Assembly: GCA_022843095.1 (NCBI GenBank) | Contig: JALHOH010000002.1 | Coordinates: forward strand, 90,001-122,000 | DNA from: Candidatus Saccharimonadota bacterium | Lineage (GTDB): Bacteria; Patescibacteriota; Patescibacteriia; 2-12-FULL-60-25 | Length of the DNA: 32,000 nucleotides | Reading direction: 5' to 3' | Part shown: piece by piece, positions 24,183 through 31,752 of the stretch | Layout: each line of letters starts with the position of its first letter | Numbering within the stretch: the first letter of the stretch is position 1 | Notes under the pieces: generated by a model | The model's input: the letters and a program-made list of their open reading frames with translations, nothing else | The model's database searches: none | Told to the model about the DNA's origin: nothing | Made by a program: the position numbers and the translations under genes

Positions 24183-25127
24183 ATGTACCTGTCACAACGT
24201 CTAAAACATGCGGTCATCGGAGGCGTCGCTTCCACGGTCGCATTTACGGGGCTCGTCGCCGCACCGGCGGCGGCCCTCGCGGCGGAAGGAACAACGATCG
24301 CGCCGCTGAATACCGTCTTAAACCAGGAACCTGGAACGAACACGGCATTCAAAATTCAGGTGATGAATGGAGGATCGACGGCGCAAACCTATACGATGGA
24401 AGTGTATAGCTTCATGCCGACGAACGATGAAGGTGGAGTGGTTCACTTCCCTTCACAGAAGGATGATCTGAGTGGATGGGTGACGGTGAATCCACGTACG
24501 GTCACGGTCGAACCGGGCCGCACGGCGGATGTCACGGCACAGGTCCGCGTCCCGACAACCGCACGTCCTGGTGGTCACTACGCAACAGTGTTCGCCTCAA
24601 CGCGTGGAACGAAGCCGGGAACGTCCGGAATGGCGATCGGGTACGGTGTCGGTTCCAACTTGTTGGTCAATGTGAAGGGGGATGTGGTGGAGAGCGCGCA
24701 GGTGTTGGACTTCTCCATGCCGAACGCACGTGTCGTGCCTGGAGAACCGCTCTACTTCAATGCACGCGTTCGCAACAAGGGGAACACCCACGTCATGCCA
24801 AAGGGCATGGTGGAAATCTTCCGCGGGGACATCAAGATGGATGAAATCAAGTTGAATGAAGGGGCGGGGTACATCTTGCCGGACAGCGCGCGCAAATTCA
24901 TGGCGATGTCCAACAAGACCCTGACTCCGGGGCAATACACGGCAAAATTGACGCTCAGCATCGGCGAAGGAAAGTACTTGCCGGTGGATCCGATCAACTT
25001 CGTGGTGATCGGGGAAACGTCTCTTGCCGCGATCGTGGCAACGATTCTCGGGATCTTCGTCCTGATTCTCCTCGCCGCGCTCATGGTCAACCGAAAGCCA
25101 GCGGAAGCCGGAAACGGTCGCCGCTAA
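24183..25127 (+). CDS. Secreted tandem Ig-like (DUF916/DUF3324-like, CscA-like architecture) protein with C-terminal TM anchor and basic tail
   Basis: - GGAGG at 24175-24179.
- Signal peptide: ...LVAAPAAALA.
- First module: FKIQVMNGGSTAQTYTMEVYSF...GWVTVNPRTVTVEPGRTADVTAQVRVPTTARPGGHY.
- Second module: LYFNARVRNKGNTHVMPKG...LTPGQYTAKLTL.
- C-terminal anchor: AAIVATILGIFVLILLAALMV followed by NRKPAEAGNGRR. Confidence 0.55.
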   Translation: MYLSQRLKHAVIGGVASTVAFTGLVAAPAAALAAEGTTIAPLNTVLNQEPGTNTAFKIQVMNGGSTAQTYTMEVYSFMPTNDEGGVVHFPSQKDDLSGWVTVNPRTVTVEPGRTADVTAQVRVPTTARPGGHYATVFASTRGTKPGTSGMAIGYGVGSNLLVNVKGDVVESAQVLDFSMPNARVVPGEPLYFNARVRNKGNTHVMPKGMVEIFRGDIKMDEIKLNEGAGYILPDSARKFMAMSNKTLTPGQYTAKLTLSIGEGKYLPVDPINFVVIGETSLAAIVATILGIFVLILLAALMVNRKPAEAGNGRR

Positions 25128-25138
25128 TCGGCAAAAAA

Positions 25139-25165
25139 ACACCTCTCAATCGAGAGGTGTTTTTT
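25139..25165 (+). terminator. Rho-independent terminator
   Basis: Stem acacctctc (25139-25147) / gagaggtgt (25152-25160), loop aatc, and T-run 25160-25165. An A-run lies upstream. Confidence 0.7.
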
Positions 25166-25166
25166 A

Positions 25167-25175
25167 TGCTAGAAT
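25167..25175 (+). promoter_or_regulatory. Extended -10-like element TGcTAGAAT, 13 nt upstream of ATG 25189
   Basis: TG at 25167-25168 and hexamer TAGAAT at 25170-25175. It overlaps the track start ATG 25174, which favours ATG 25189 as the true start. Confidence 0.4.
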
Positions 25176-25188
25176 GGGTTCAAGATTT

Positions 25189-26541
25189 ATGATCTCCTTT
25201 GCAAAACAGGTTTCCACGTTCATCTATTTCGCGGTATTCATCGCGCTGTTCATTTGTTTCGCTTGGTTATTCCAGCGTCCGGCGAATGCGGGTGCATTGA
25301 CGAATGTGCAAATCATTCTGTCGAAGACGGCGCCTTCATCGACTCAGACGAATATTGAATACCTGTTCCACGTGACCTCGACGATGGACGCGACCAACTG
25401 TACGGCGACGTCCACGCAATCCTGTTTCCGGTTTCGGTTGAATTTTCCGACGACGTCTACGGCAGGGTATGGATGGGGATCCGCGTTTCGCGTGACCTCG
25501 ACCATTGCGACCTCGACGAATCCGGATGCCTGTTCTGGCGCAAACTCAGACGTGTGTGTGAGTGCGTCAGGGACGGGAGGGATCGTGTTTAATTCCAATG
25601 ATTTGGTGGTGGTTCGAGTGGTGACGAGTACGCAGAACGGCACGGGCGCGACACGGGACTATCCGAACCGCATGGATGTCTACGTTGGATCCGTGACCAG
25701 CGTGACCACTGGAACGCAGATTGCGATTCGTTTTTACAATGGTGTCTTTACGACGCCAGGGTTTAAGCCGGGTCATGTGGAAGGGTATGCGGACATTCAC
25801 GGGCTTACGGTTTCGACTGCAAAATGTCGGCAATTTGATGTGTTTCAGAACGGCTGTTTCTTTGACAATATCGATTACGACACCGGTTCCTCCAACGTTG
25901 CCATTCAAGAAGCCACAACATTTACCGCCACGGTCAATGAATCCATGACCTTCACGGTGAACGCCGTGGATGCAGGAACATCGATCGGGACGGGTGCTCC
26001 AATCGTGACCAACATTGGTTCCACGACGACCTCCTGCCCGTTTGGCACGCTCTCTCCGTTTGTTCCAAAGATCTGCGCCCAACGTGTAGAGTGGGTGACT
26101 TCTGCGGCGGGCGGTGCAGGGGTGTATGTGGTACAGGATGGGAACATGTCCACCTCGACCTACGATATCGATCAATTCAAGGATGGATCGCGTCTTTCTC
26201 CGACCAGCGCGGTGAATTGGGCCTCTCCAACGGGCAACCCGGGAGATGAAAACACCTGGGGTCACCTGGGCTACACGGGGACCTCCACCGATGCGGCGGT
26301 GACCGGCGCGTCACTCTTCGCCTCAGGGGAAAACTACGCGGGGCTCCTGACGCGCCCGGGACTGCAAGCGAACTTGGACACGATTATTACAGGGAACTTG
26401 AACGGTCAGATCGCCTATACCTCAGCGCCTAACGCATCAGAAGTGCACGCCTACTCGGTCTACAAGATCGAAGTGTCCTCACTGCAGGAATCCGGAACGT
26501 ACTCGAATGAAATTCAGTATCAGATTGTGGCAAGCTACTAA
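25189..26541 (+). CDS. Secreted Cys-paired beta-rich surface protein, paralogue B
   Basis: MISFAKQVSTFIYFAVFIALFICFAWLFQRPANA, then GALTNVQIILSKTAPSSTQTN. It has the same four Cys pairs and the same C-terminus as paralogue A, including a 102-nt identical 3' end. Confidence 0.7.
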   Translation: MISFAKQVSTFIYFAVFIALFICFAWLFQRPANAGALTNVQIILSKTAPSSTQTNIEYLFHVTSTMDATNCTATSTQSCFRFRLNFPTTSTAGYGWGSAFRVTSTIATSTNPDACSGANSDVCVSASGTGGIVFNSNDLVVVRVVTSTQNGTGATRDYPNRMDVYVGSVTSVTTGTQIAIRFYNGVFTTPGFKPGHVEGYADIHGLTVSTAKCRQFDVFQNGCFFDNIDYDTGSSNVAIQEATTFTATVNESMTFTVNAVDAGTSIGTGAPIVTNIGSTTTSCPFGTLSPFVPKICAQRVEWVTSAAGGAGVYVVQDGNMSTSTYDIDQFKDGSRLSPTSAVNWASPTGNPGDENTWGHLGYTGTSTDAAVTGASLFASGENYAGLLTRPGLQANLDTIITGNLNGQIAYTSAPNASEVHAYSVYKIEVSSLQESGTYSNEIQYQIVASY

Positions 26542-26562
26542 GCGCAACTTTCTTAATCGTGT

Positions 26563-27903
26563 ATGAAGCATTCCGTATTCGAGCGGTTCACGCAGGCATT
26601 ACTTGCTTGCGTGTTTCTCTTCGTCATTGGTTTTGTTTGGCATTCCGTGACAACGCCTGTGCGTGCAGGAACGCTTTCTAATGTCCAGGCAATTCTGTCG
26701 AAAACATCTCCATCGACCACGCAGACCAACATGCAGTTCATTTTTACGGTGACATCGACCATGTCGAATGCGAACTGCGACTTTAACGCGATTGGTGAAA
26801 CCTGTTTTCGCATTCGATTAGCCATGCCAGTCACAAGTACGGCGGGATATGGATGGGGATCCGCCTTCCAGGTCGCGCCGATGGCAACGTCTACTAACTA
26901 TCAAGATTGTAATGGATCAAACGCGGACGTGTGTGTTCATGCGAGTGGGACGGGGTATCTCATGGGGCACCTCGCCGTTCTTGCAGTCGTCACCTCCTCG
27001 AATCCTGCGAATGGATCGACGGCGGTCTATCCGGATACGCTTGATATCTATATTGGTTCAGGGACAACGGTATATGCGGGAACGCAGATCTACCTCTGGT
27101 TCTATAATGGGAAGTTTACTACCCCGGGATTTAAGCCAGGACACCAAACAGGAGAGATTGATTTTCACGGGATTGGGATCGAAACTTCAAAATGTCGAAA
27201 CTGGAACGGCTCCACCTGCGTGGAAAGTGTGGACTATGACAATGCCGTTGGCGTTGTCACGATCATGGATCCGGTGACGTTTTCCGCGAGCGTTGATGAG
27301 TCCTTGCAGTTCATCGTTCGCTCTGTTGCAACAGGGACGATTATTGGAACGTATGAGCAGTTGAATCCGACGATGGGGTCTGCGACGTCATCCTGTGCAT
27401 TTGGAACGCTTGCGCCGTTTGTTCCGAAAACCTGCGCGCATCGGCTGGAGTGGCTCACTTCGGCACAAGGAGGTGCGGCCGTGTATGTCGTGCAAGATGC
27501 GAACCTACGCGATGGACAGGCGGATATCGATCAATTCAATAATGGACTACGCCTCCATCCCGGAGCTGCTGTTCCTTGGGTGTCGCCCTCTGCGGATCCG
27601 AGCAGTGAATCAACGTGGGGACATTTAGGATATGCAGCAACGTCGACGGATGCGGCGGTCACGTCCTATGGCGCATTTCAAACGGGACCGAATTTTGGAG
27701 GTATTTTAGTGCGTCCGGATTTGCAGACGCGTCCCAGTGATATTTTCCCTGCGCCGAATAAAAACGCATCGATTGCGTACACAACTGGGCCGAATACCTC
27801 CCTTGTACACGCCTATGTAGTGTATCGGGTAGAGATCAGTCCGTTGCAAGAAGCAGGGGACTATCAAAACGAAATTCAGTATCAGATTGTAGCTCAGTAC
27901 TGA
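26563..27903 (+). CDS. Secreted Cys-paired beta-rich surface protein, paralogue C (more diverged)
   Basis: MKHSVFERFTQALLACVFLFVIGFVWHSVTTPVRA, then GTLSNVQAILSKTSPSTTQTN. The Cys pairs are conserved and the C-terminus is ...LQEAGDYQNEIQYQIVAQY. It starts 21 nt after the paralogue B stop. Confidence 0.7.
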   Translation: MKHSVFERFTQALLACVFLFVIGFVWHSVTTPVRAGTLSNVQAILSKTSPSTTQTNMQFIFTVTSTMSNANCDFNAIGETCFRIRLAMPVTSTAGYGWGSAFQVAPMATSTNYQDCNGSNADVCVHASGTGYLMGHLAVLAVVTSSNPANGSTAVYPDTLDIYIGSGTTVYAGTQIYLWFYNGKFTTPGFKPGHQTGEIDFHGIGIETSKCRNWNGSTCVESVDYDNAVGVVTIMDPVTFSASVDESLQFIVRSVATGTIIGTYEQLNPTMGSATSSCAFGTLAPFVPKTCAHRLEWLTSAQGGAAVYVVQDANLRDGQADIDQFNNGLRLHPGAAVPWVSPSADPSSESTWGHLGYAATSTDAAVTSYGAFQTGPNFGGILVRPDLQTRPSDIFPAPNKNASIAYTTGPNTSLVHAYVVYRVEISPLQEAGDYQNEIQYQIVAQY

Positions 27904-27907
27904 GCCA

Positions 27908-27936
27908 AATCCCCTCGGAGATTCCGAGGGGATTTT
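27908..27936 (+). terminator. Rho-independent terminator
   Basis: 11-bp stem aatcccctcgg (27908-27918) / ccgaggggatt (27924-27934), loop agatt, followed by tt. Confidence 0.6.
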
Positions 27937-27937
27937 G

Positions 27938-27946
27938 TGCTATCAT
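27938..27946 (+). promoter_or_regulatory. Extended -10-like element TGcTATCAT, 13 nt upstream of ATG 27960
   Basis: TG at 27938-27939 and hexamer TATCAT at 27941-27946. It overlaps the track start ATG 27945. Confidence 0.35.
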
Positions 27947-27959
27947 GCATAGAGCGCCC

Positions 27960-29402
27960 ATGTTATTTGGCAAACGGCGTTTATTGAAGCGTTTGGAGCG
28001 TGAGCATGCGCACATGCTCAGAGATTTGCATACCTGGATGACGAAGGAGGAAGAGCGTGCGCGTCTAGAGCCGGAACTCAAGCAACATCAGTCGAATATT
28101 ACGGCGTTGTATCGGATGCTCGCGCCGCACGATTCCTTGGATTGGACGGCCTTTTTTATCCGGACGGGGTTGGCGATTTTGATTTTTTTCCTGCTCATCG
28201 CGCCACCGTATACGTTCTACGCGCAGCAGCAGTTTTTGAATCCGATTGTGCCGGTCACCGTCATGGGAAAGGAATATATGCAGGTGACGGCGTTTGTCCC
28301 GGAAACACCCGTTGTCGCGGATGACTGGGCCTCGTTTGAAGAGGCGGATCGTCCAGAGCCGGTTCGTTTGGAGTCGCTTGCGACTCATGAGGGGCGGATC
28401 GTCGGGTTTGTGCAGCAGCCGGATTATCCATATGTGGTGTTGTGGACGGCGCCGGATGCGCAGCGACACACGCTCTTTTTACGGACGTATACCAACATCG
28501 TCGAAAAAATGGGGGTCCAAACGCGTCCGCTGCTGCAAGACGCGGTCTATCAGGGGATCGCGACGATGCGCTGGAACGGAACAGAGTCGGTTTTGGCTTA
28601 CGCGACGGATGAGCGAACCATTCGTTTGCAGCGCTTTGATAAACAATGGAACAAGCTTGGCGAACCGGCTGAGGTCACGCTTGCGTTCAAGGATGAATCC
28701 ATCGATGGGTTTACGGTGAGCTGGGCACGCGACACGTGGATTTTGGGAACCGTGATCGATCCGCCAGGAGGGGGCTCAACGCTGGCGCACCGTGACCCCG
28801 TGTTGCGGCAGTTCGATGCATCATTGCAAAAGAAACAGGAAATGCGACTGACCACGGATAACGTCCATGGAGGAGCGTATCCTCAGGTGGTTGCGGATGA
28901 GGACGCGGCGAATCCAGGAGGATGGTTGGTGTTTCAGCCCACAAGCGATGTCTTGAAGAAAGCACGTGCAGAAATTGGGGATGCGTTGCAAGCCTGGAAA
29001 GTCGATGCGAAAGGTGAGGTTATTGCCCGTCGGCGTCTCACAACCCCGGGGATGCGTCATCACTTCATGACGTCAGACGTGGCTGTGGAAGACATGTATT
29101 ATGTTTTGACGCATCAGCAGCAGGTACCGCCCTGGTATAAGGCAGACACGGGGTATGTGTCGTCTACGGGGCGTGCGATTATTCTTGCGTACGACAAAAC
29201 ATTGCAGCGTGCGACGGGGTTTGTGTGGGTACGAGATGTTCCGCCCGTGACAAACCCGTTGGAGCGACGGGGTGTTTCCCATGCCCGCTTTCTGAAAAAA
29301 GGAAACGTCGTGTTTACCGTCTACGACTATCTCATGGCAGAAGATCCGGAAACGGGAAAGCCGCGTCGAGACATCATGCTGGGCAAGGTCGTCACCGAGT
29401 AG
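27960..29402 (+). CDS. Single-pass membrane protein with a basic/coiled N-terminal cytoplasmic segment and a large beta-rich ectodomain (no family recognised)
   Basis: TM segment FFIRTGLAILIFFLLIAPPYTF comes after a charged helix (LKRLEREHAHMLRDLHTWMTKEEERARLEPELKQ). About 390 aa of ectodomain contain repeated aromatic/Gly beta-strand-like segments. The start is ATG 27960 (or 27945). Confidence 0.5.
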   Translation: MLFGKRRLLKRLEREHAHMLRDLHTWMTKEEERARLEPELKQHQSNITALYRMLAPHDSLDWTAFFIRTGLAILIFFLLIAPPYTFYAQQQFLNPIVPVTVMGKEYMQVTAFVPETPVVADDWASFEEADRPEPVRLESLATHEGRIVGFVQQPDYPYVVLWTAPDAQRHTLFLRTYTNIVEKMGVQTRPLLQDAVYQGIATMRWNGTESVLAYATDERTIRLQRFDKQWNKLGEPAEVTLAFKDESIDGFTVSWARDTWILGTVIDPPGGGSTLAHRDPVLRQFDASLQKKQEMRLTTDNVHGGAYPQVVADEDAANPGGWLVFQPTSDVLKKARAEIGDALQAWKVDAKGEVIARRRLTTPGMRHHFMTSDVAVEDMYYVLTHQQQVPPWYKADTGYVSSTGRAIILAYDKTLQRATGFVWVRDVPPVTNPLERRGVSHARFLKKGNVVFTVYDYLMAEDPETGKPRRDIMLGKVVTE

Positions 29403-29449
29403 GGGGACATTGACTTTTTTGCGTTTTTCGCACAGGATTTTGCATTCCT

Positions 29450-31021
29450 ATGGACGCATTCTCCGCCGGCAAGGTTGATGCACTCGTGCAGGCGCTTGCG
29501 CCGCAGTCCCTGCCGGATGTTCCCGAGGGGATGCGACTGAATGTCCACACCACTATCAGTAAAGTGGCGGTGTTGTACGAAAAAATTCGGAATGCCATCG
29601 ATTATAAAGATGATCACTTGCTGCGTAAGGCGGCAATTTTGCGTATCATCAAGCGCCAACTCACGTACACCTCTAAATCGGATGAGATCGCGCGAAACTT
29701 GGTGCGCGAGTTAATCGCGGCGCGCTATTTACCAAACAATACCTTGCCAGAATCGGTGGTGCAGGACGTGCAGGGGATTTTGGAAAAATTTTTGATGATG
29801 CGACGGGAACGGGTGGGACGCGAGCGTCATCAGACATGGCTCCTGGGGATCACGGCGGCAGAATTGGAGGAGCTCATGACGGATCATCGTCGTGAAAAAG
29901 GCTTGCTTCAATTCCTATTCGAACAACTTGGCGATAAGATCACGCTTTCTGGTGCAGAGATGGAAGAAACCGAACGTCGATTGCAGGTGTACATCGCCTG
30001 TCATCGCGCGTTGTTTAAGGCGGATGATGAGATGTTGTCGTACAAGCTCGTTCGCGCCTACTACCGGTCTTGGATGCAGCCAGAAACTTGGGGGGCGCAC
30101 CATCGCGAAATGGCGTTGCAGATGGTAGGGATCCACGAAACGATCCTGCGCCAGCTCAAGCATCCCTACGCGCAAAAGTTCAGTACGGCTGTGAAACCCT
30201 GGGCGACCTCATTGCGTGTGCTTGTAGAGGCGCTAGATGAAAAGCCGGAAGATGCACGTGTGCTGCTTGGCAAGCCAGAGTCGCTGCTTGCTGCGGTGAC
30301 GCGCGTTTCGGAACGCAATTATCAAGAGGCGAAGCAAAAATTGAAGCGCGGGATGGTGCGCGCCATGATCTATTTGTTTATCACAAAGACGTTGTTTGCG
30401 ATCGCGATCGAGATGCCATTCGAGCAGATTGTCTATAAGCACATCGACCGGTTCGCGTTGCTGGTAAATATTCTGTTTCCGCCGATTTTAATGTGGATCG
30501 TGGCATCCCTCATCCGCGTTCCGGGAAAAGATAACACCGAACGGATTGCGCAGGGGGTAAACGAACTGCTGACGGCAGAAGGCCCTCTTGGACGCGAAAT
30601 CAAAATCGTTCCAAAGCGTCGTGGATTGTCCGGATTCTTTTTCCAATTCATTTACGCCTTCACGTTCGCCTTATCCTTTGGTTTGGTCATTTGGGGGTTG
30701 TGGGCGCTCAAGTTTACGGCCGTTTCCATGGGGATTTTTCTGTTCTTTTTGTGCGTTGTGAGTTTTTTTGCCTTCCGTTTGCGCGTTTCCGCTCGTGAAT
30801 ATGTGATTGTGGAAAAAACAGCCTCCACCGGCGCCTTGATGGTCGATTTTTTCGCGCTTCCTATTCTACGCGCCGGACAATGGCTTTCGAACTCGATTTC
30901 TCGCATCAACGTGTTTATTTTTATCTTCGATTTTATCATCGAAGCCCCACTCAAATTGTTCCTTAATATCCTGGAAGAATGGTTCGCGTTCATGAAGGAG
31001 CGCAAGGAAGAGCTGCAATAA
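29450..31021 (+). CDS. Polytopic membrane protein with a ~330-aa helical N-terminal soluble domain (no family confidently recognised)
   Basis: 523-aa ORF. The C-terminal third has several hydrophobic helices (MIYLFITKTLFAIAI, LLVNILFPPILMWIVASLI, FFFQFIYAFTFALSFGLVIWGLWAL, AVSMGIFLFFLCVVSFFAF, VFIFIFDFII). TTGACT at 29410-29415 is a possible -35. Confidence 0.55.
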   Translation: MDAFSAGKVDALVQALAPQSLPDVPEGMRLNVHTTISKVAVLYEKIRNAIDYKDDHLLRKAAILRIIKRQLTYTSKSDEIARNLVRELIAARYLPNNTLPESVVQDVQGILEKFLMMRRERVGRERHQTWLLGITAAELEELMTDHRREKGLLQFLFEQLGDKITLSGAEMEETERRLQVYIACHRALFKADDEMLSYKLVRAYYRSWMQPETWGAHHREMALQMVGIHETILRQLKHPYAQKFSTAVKPWATSLRVLVEALDEKPEDARVLLGKPESLLAAVTRVSERNYQEAKQKLKRGMVRAMIYLFITKTLFAIAIEMPFEQIVYKHIDRFALLVNILFPPILMWIVASLIRVPGKDNTERIAQGVNELLTAEGPLGREIKIVPKRRGLSGFFFQFIYAFTFALSFGLVIWGLWALKFTAVSMGIFLFFLCVVSFFAFRLRVSAREYVIVEKTASTGALMVDFFALPILRAGQWLSNSISRINVFIFIFDFIIEAPLKLFLNILEEWFAFMKERKEELQ

Positions 31022-31030
31022 CCGCCGTTC

Positions 31031-31747
31031 GTGCGGTATGCTAAGGTCATGACCTGGCCTTCTCGCGCAACGTGGCTGCGTATCATCGTCGGCGTGTTGT
31101 GGATGACGCTGATTGTGTGGACGTACGAAATCTTGCGGCATCTAGGGGTGCCGATCCGACTGTTACCGCATTTTTTGCGCACAGAACTGCAGCACGCTGG
31201 ACTCTTTGCGCCGGGGATGCTGGTCGTCGCGTATGTGGCGGCGACCGTCATCCCGTTTCCGACCGCCGCGCTTGCGGTGATCGCTGGGACGGTATTTGGT
31301 CCGGTGTGGGGGAGCCTTGTCGCGCTCATCGGGCTGAATGTGGCTTCTGCGGTCAGTTTTTACATCGGGCGTTTTTTTGGTCGGCATTTCGTGAGTACGC
31401 ATGAACACGGGTGGATCAAACGGCTGGATGACCTTATGGCAGAGCAAGGAGCGCTCCTGGTCCTGCTGATGCGCCTGGTGTTTATGCCGTTTGATTACGT
31501 GAGTCTTGGATCAGGCATGACGCGCATTTCTTTTCGCCAGTACATGTTGGGAACGGTGCTGGGGTCGTTGCCGAACACGATCACGTTTGTTGTGCTGGGC
31601 GATGCATTCGCCGACCCGCGGACCTGGATCTTTTTTGTCATTCTCCTTGCCGTCACATTCGTCCTGGCTGGGGTCGCGTTTCATTCCCCCTGGGCAAAAT
31701 CCCATATTTTTCGTAAAACGAAGGAAAGTCCTTTTGAGCAAACCTGA
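31031..31747 (+). CDS. TVP38/TMEM64 (DedA/SNARE-associated) family membrane protein
   Basis: The segment [46 protein letters not shown], followed by additional TM helices, is typical of the family. The start is GTG 31031 or ATG 31049. Confidence 0.7.
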   Translation: MRYAKVMTWPSRATWLRIIVGVLWMTLIVWTYEILRHLGVPIRLLPHFLRTELQHAGLFAPGMLVVAYVAATVIPFPTAALAVIAGTVFGPVWGSLVALIGLNVASAVSFYIGRFFGRHFVSTHEHGWIKRLDDLMAEQGALLVLLMRLVFMPFDYVSLGSGMTRISFRQYMLGTVLGSLPNTITFVVLGDAFADPRTWIFFVILLAVTFVLAGVAFHSPWAKSHIFRKTKESPFEQT

Positions 31748-31752
31748 TCTCC

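Noticed and set aside
25567-26265. 232-aa minus-strand ORF inside paralogue B (similar antisense ORFs lie in paralogue A, e.g. 23175..23513)
   Set aside because: These are antisense artefacts. The + strand frame is conserved across three paralogues, whereas the antisense frames are not maintained in paralogue C.
23346-26541. Possibility that the near-identical A/B blocks are a diversity-generating retroelement TR/VR pair or a mobile-element repeat
   Set aside because: No reverse transcriptase or transposase ORF lies in the window. The few mismatches in the 206-nt block (c/t, c/a, t/g, a/c) are not adenine-specific. Both copies are in-frame parts of full-length paralogous genes. Ordinary paralogy with gene conversion explains them.
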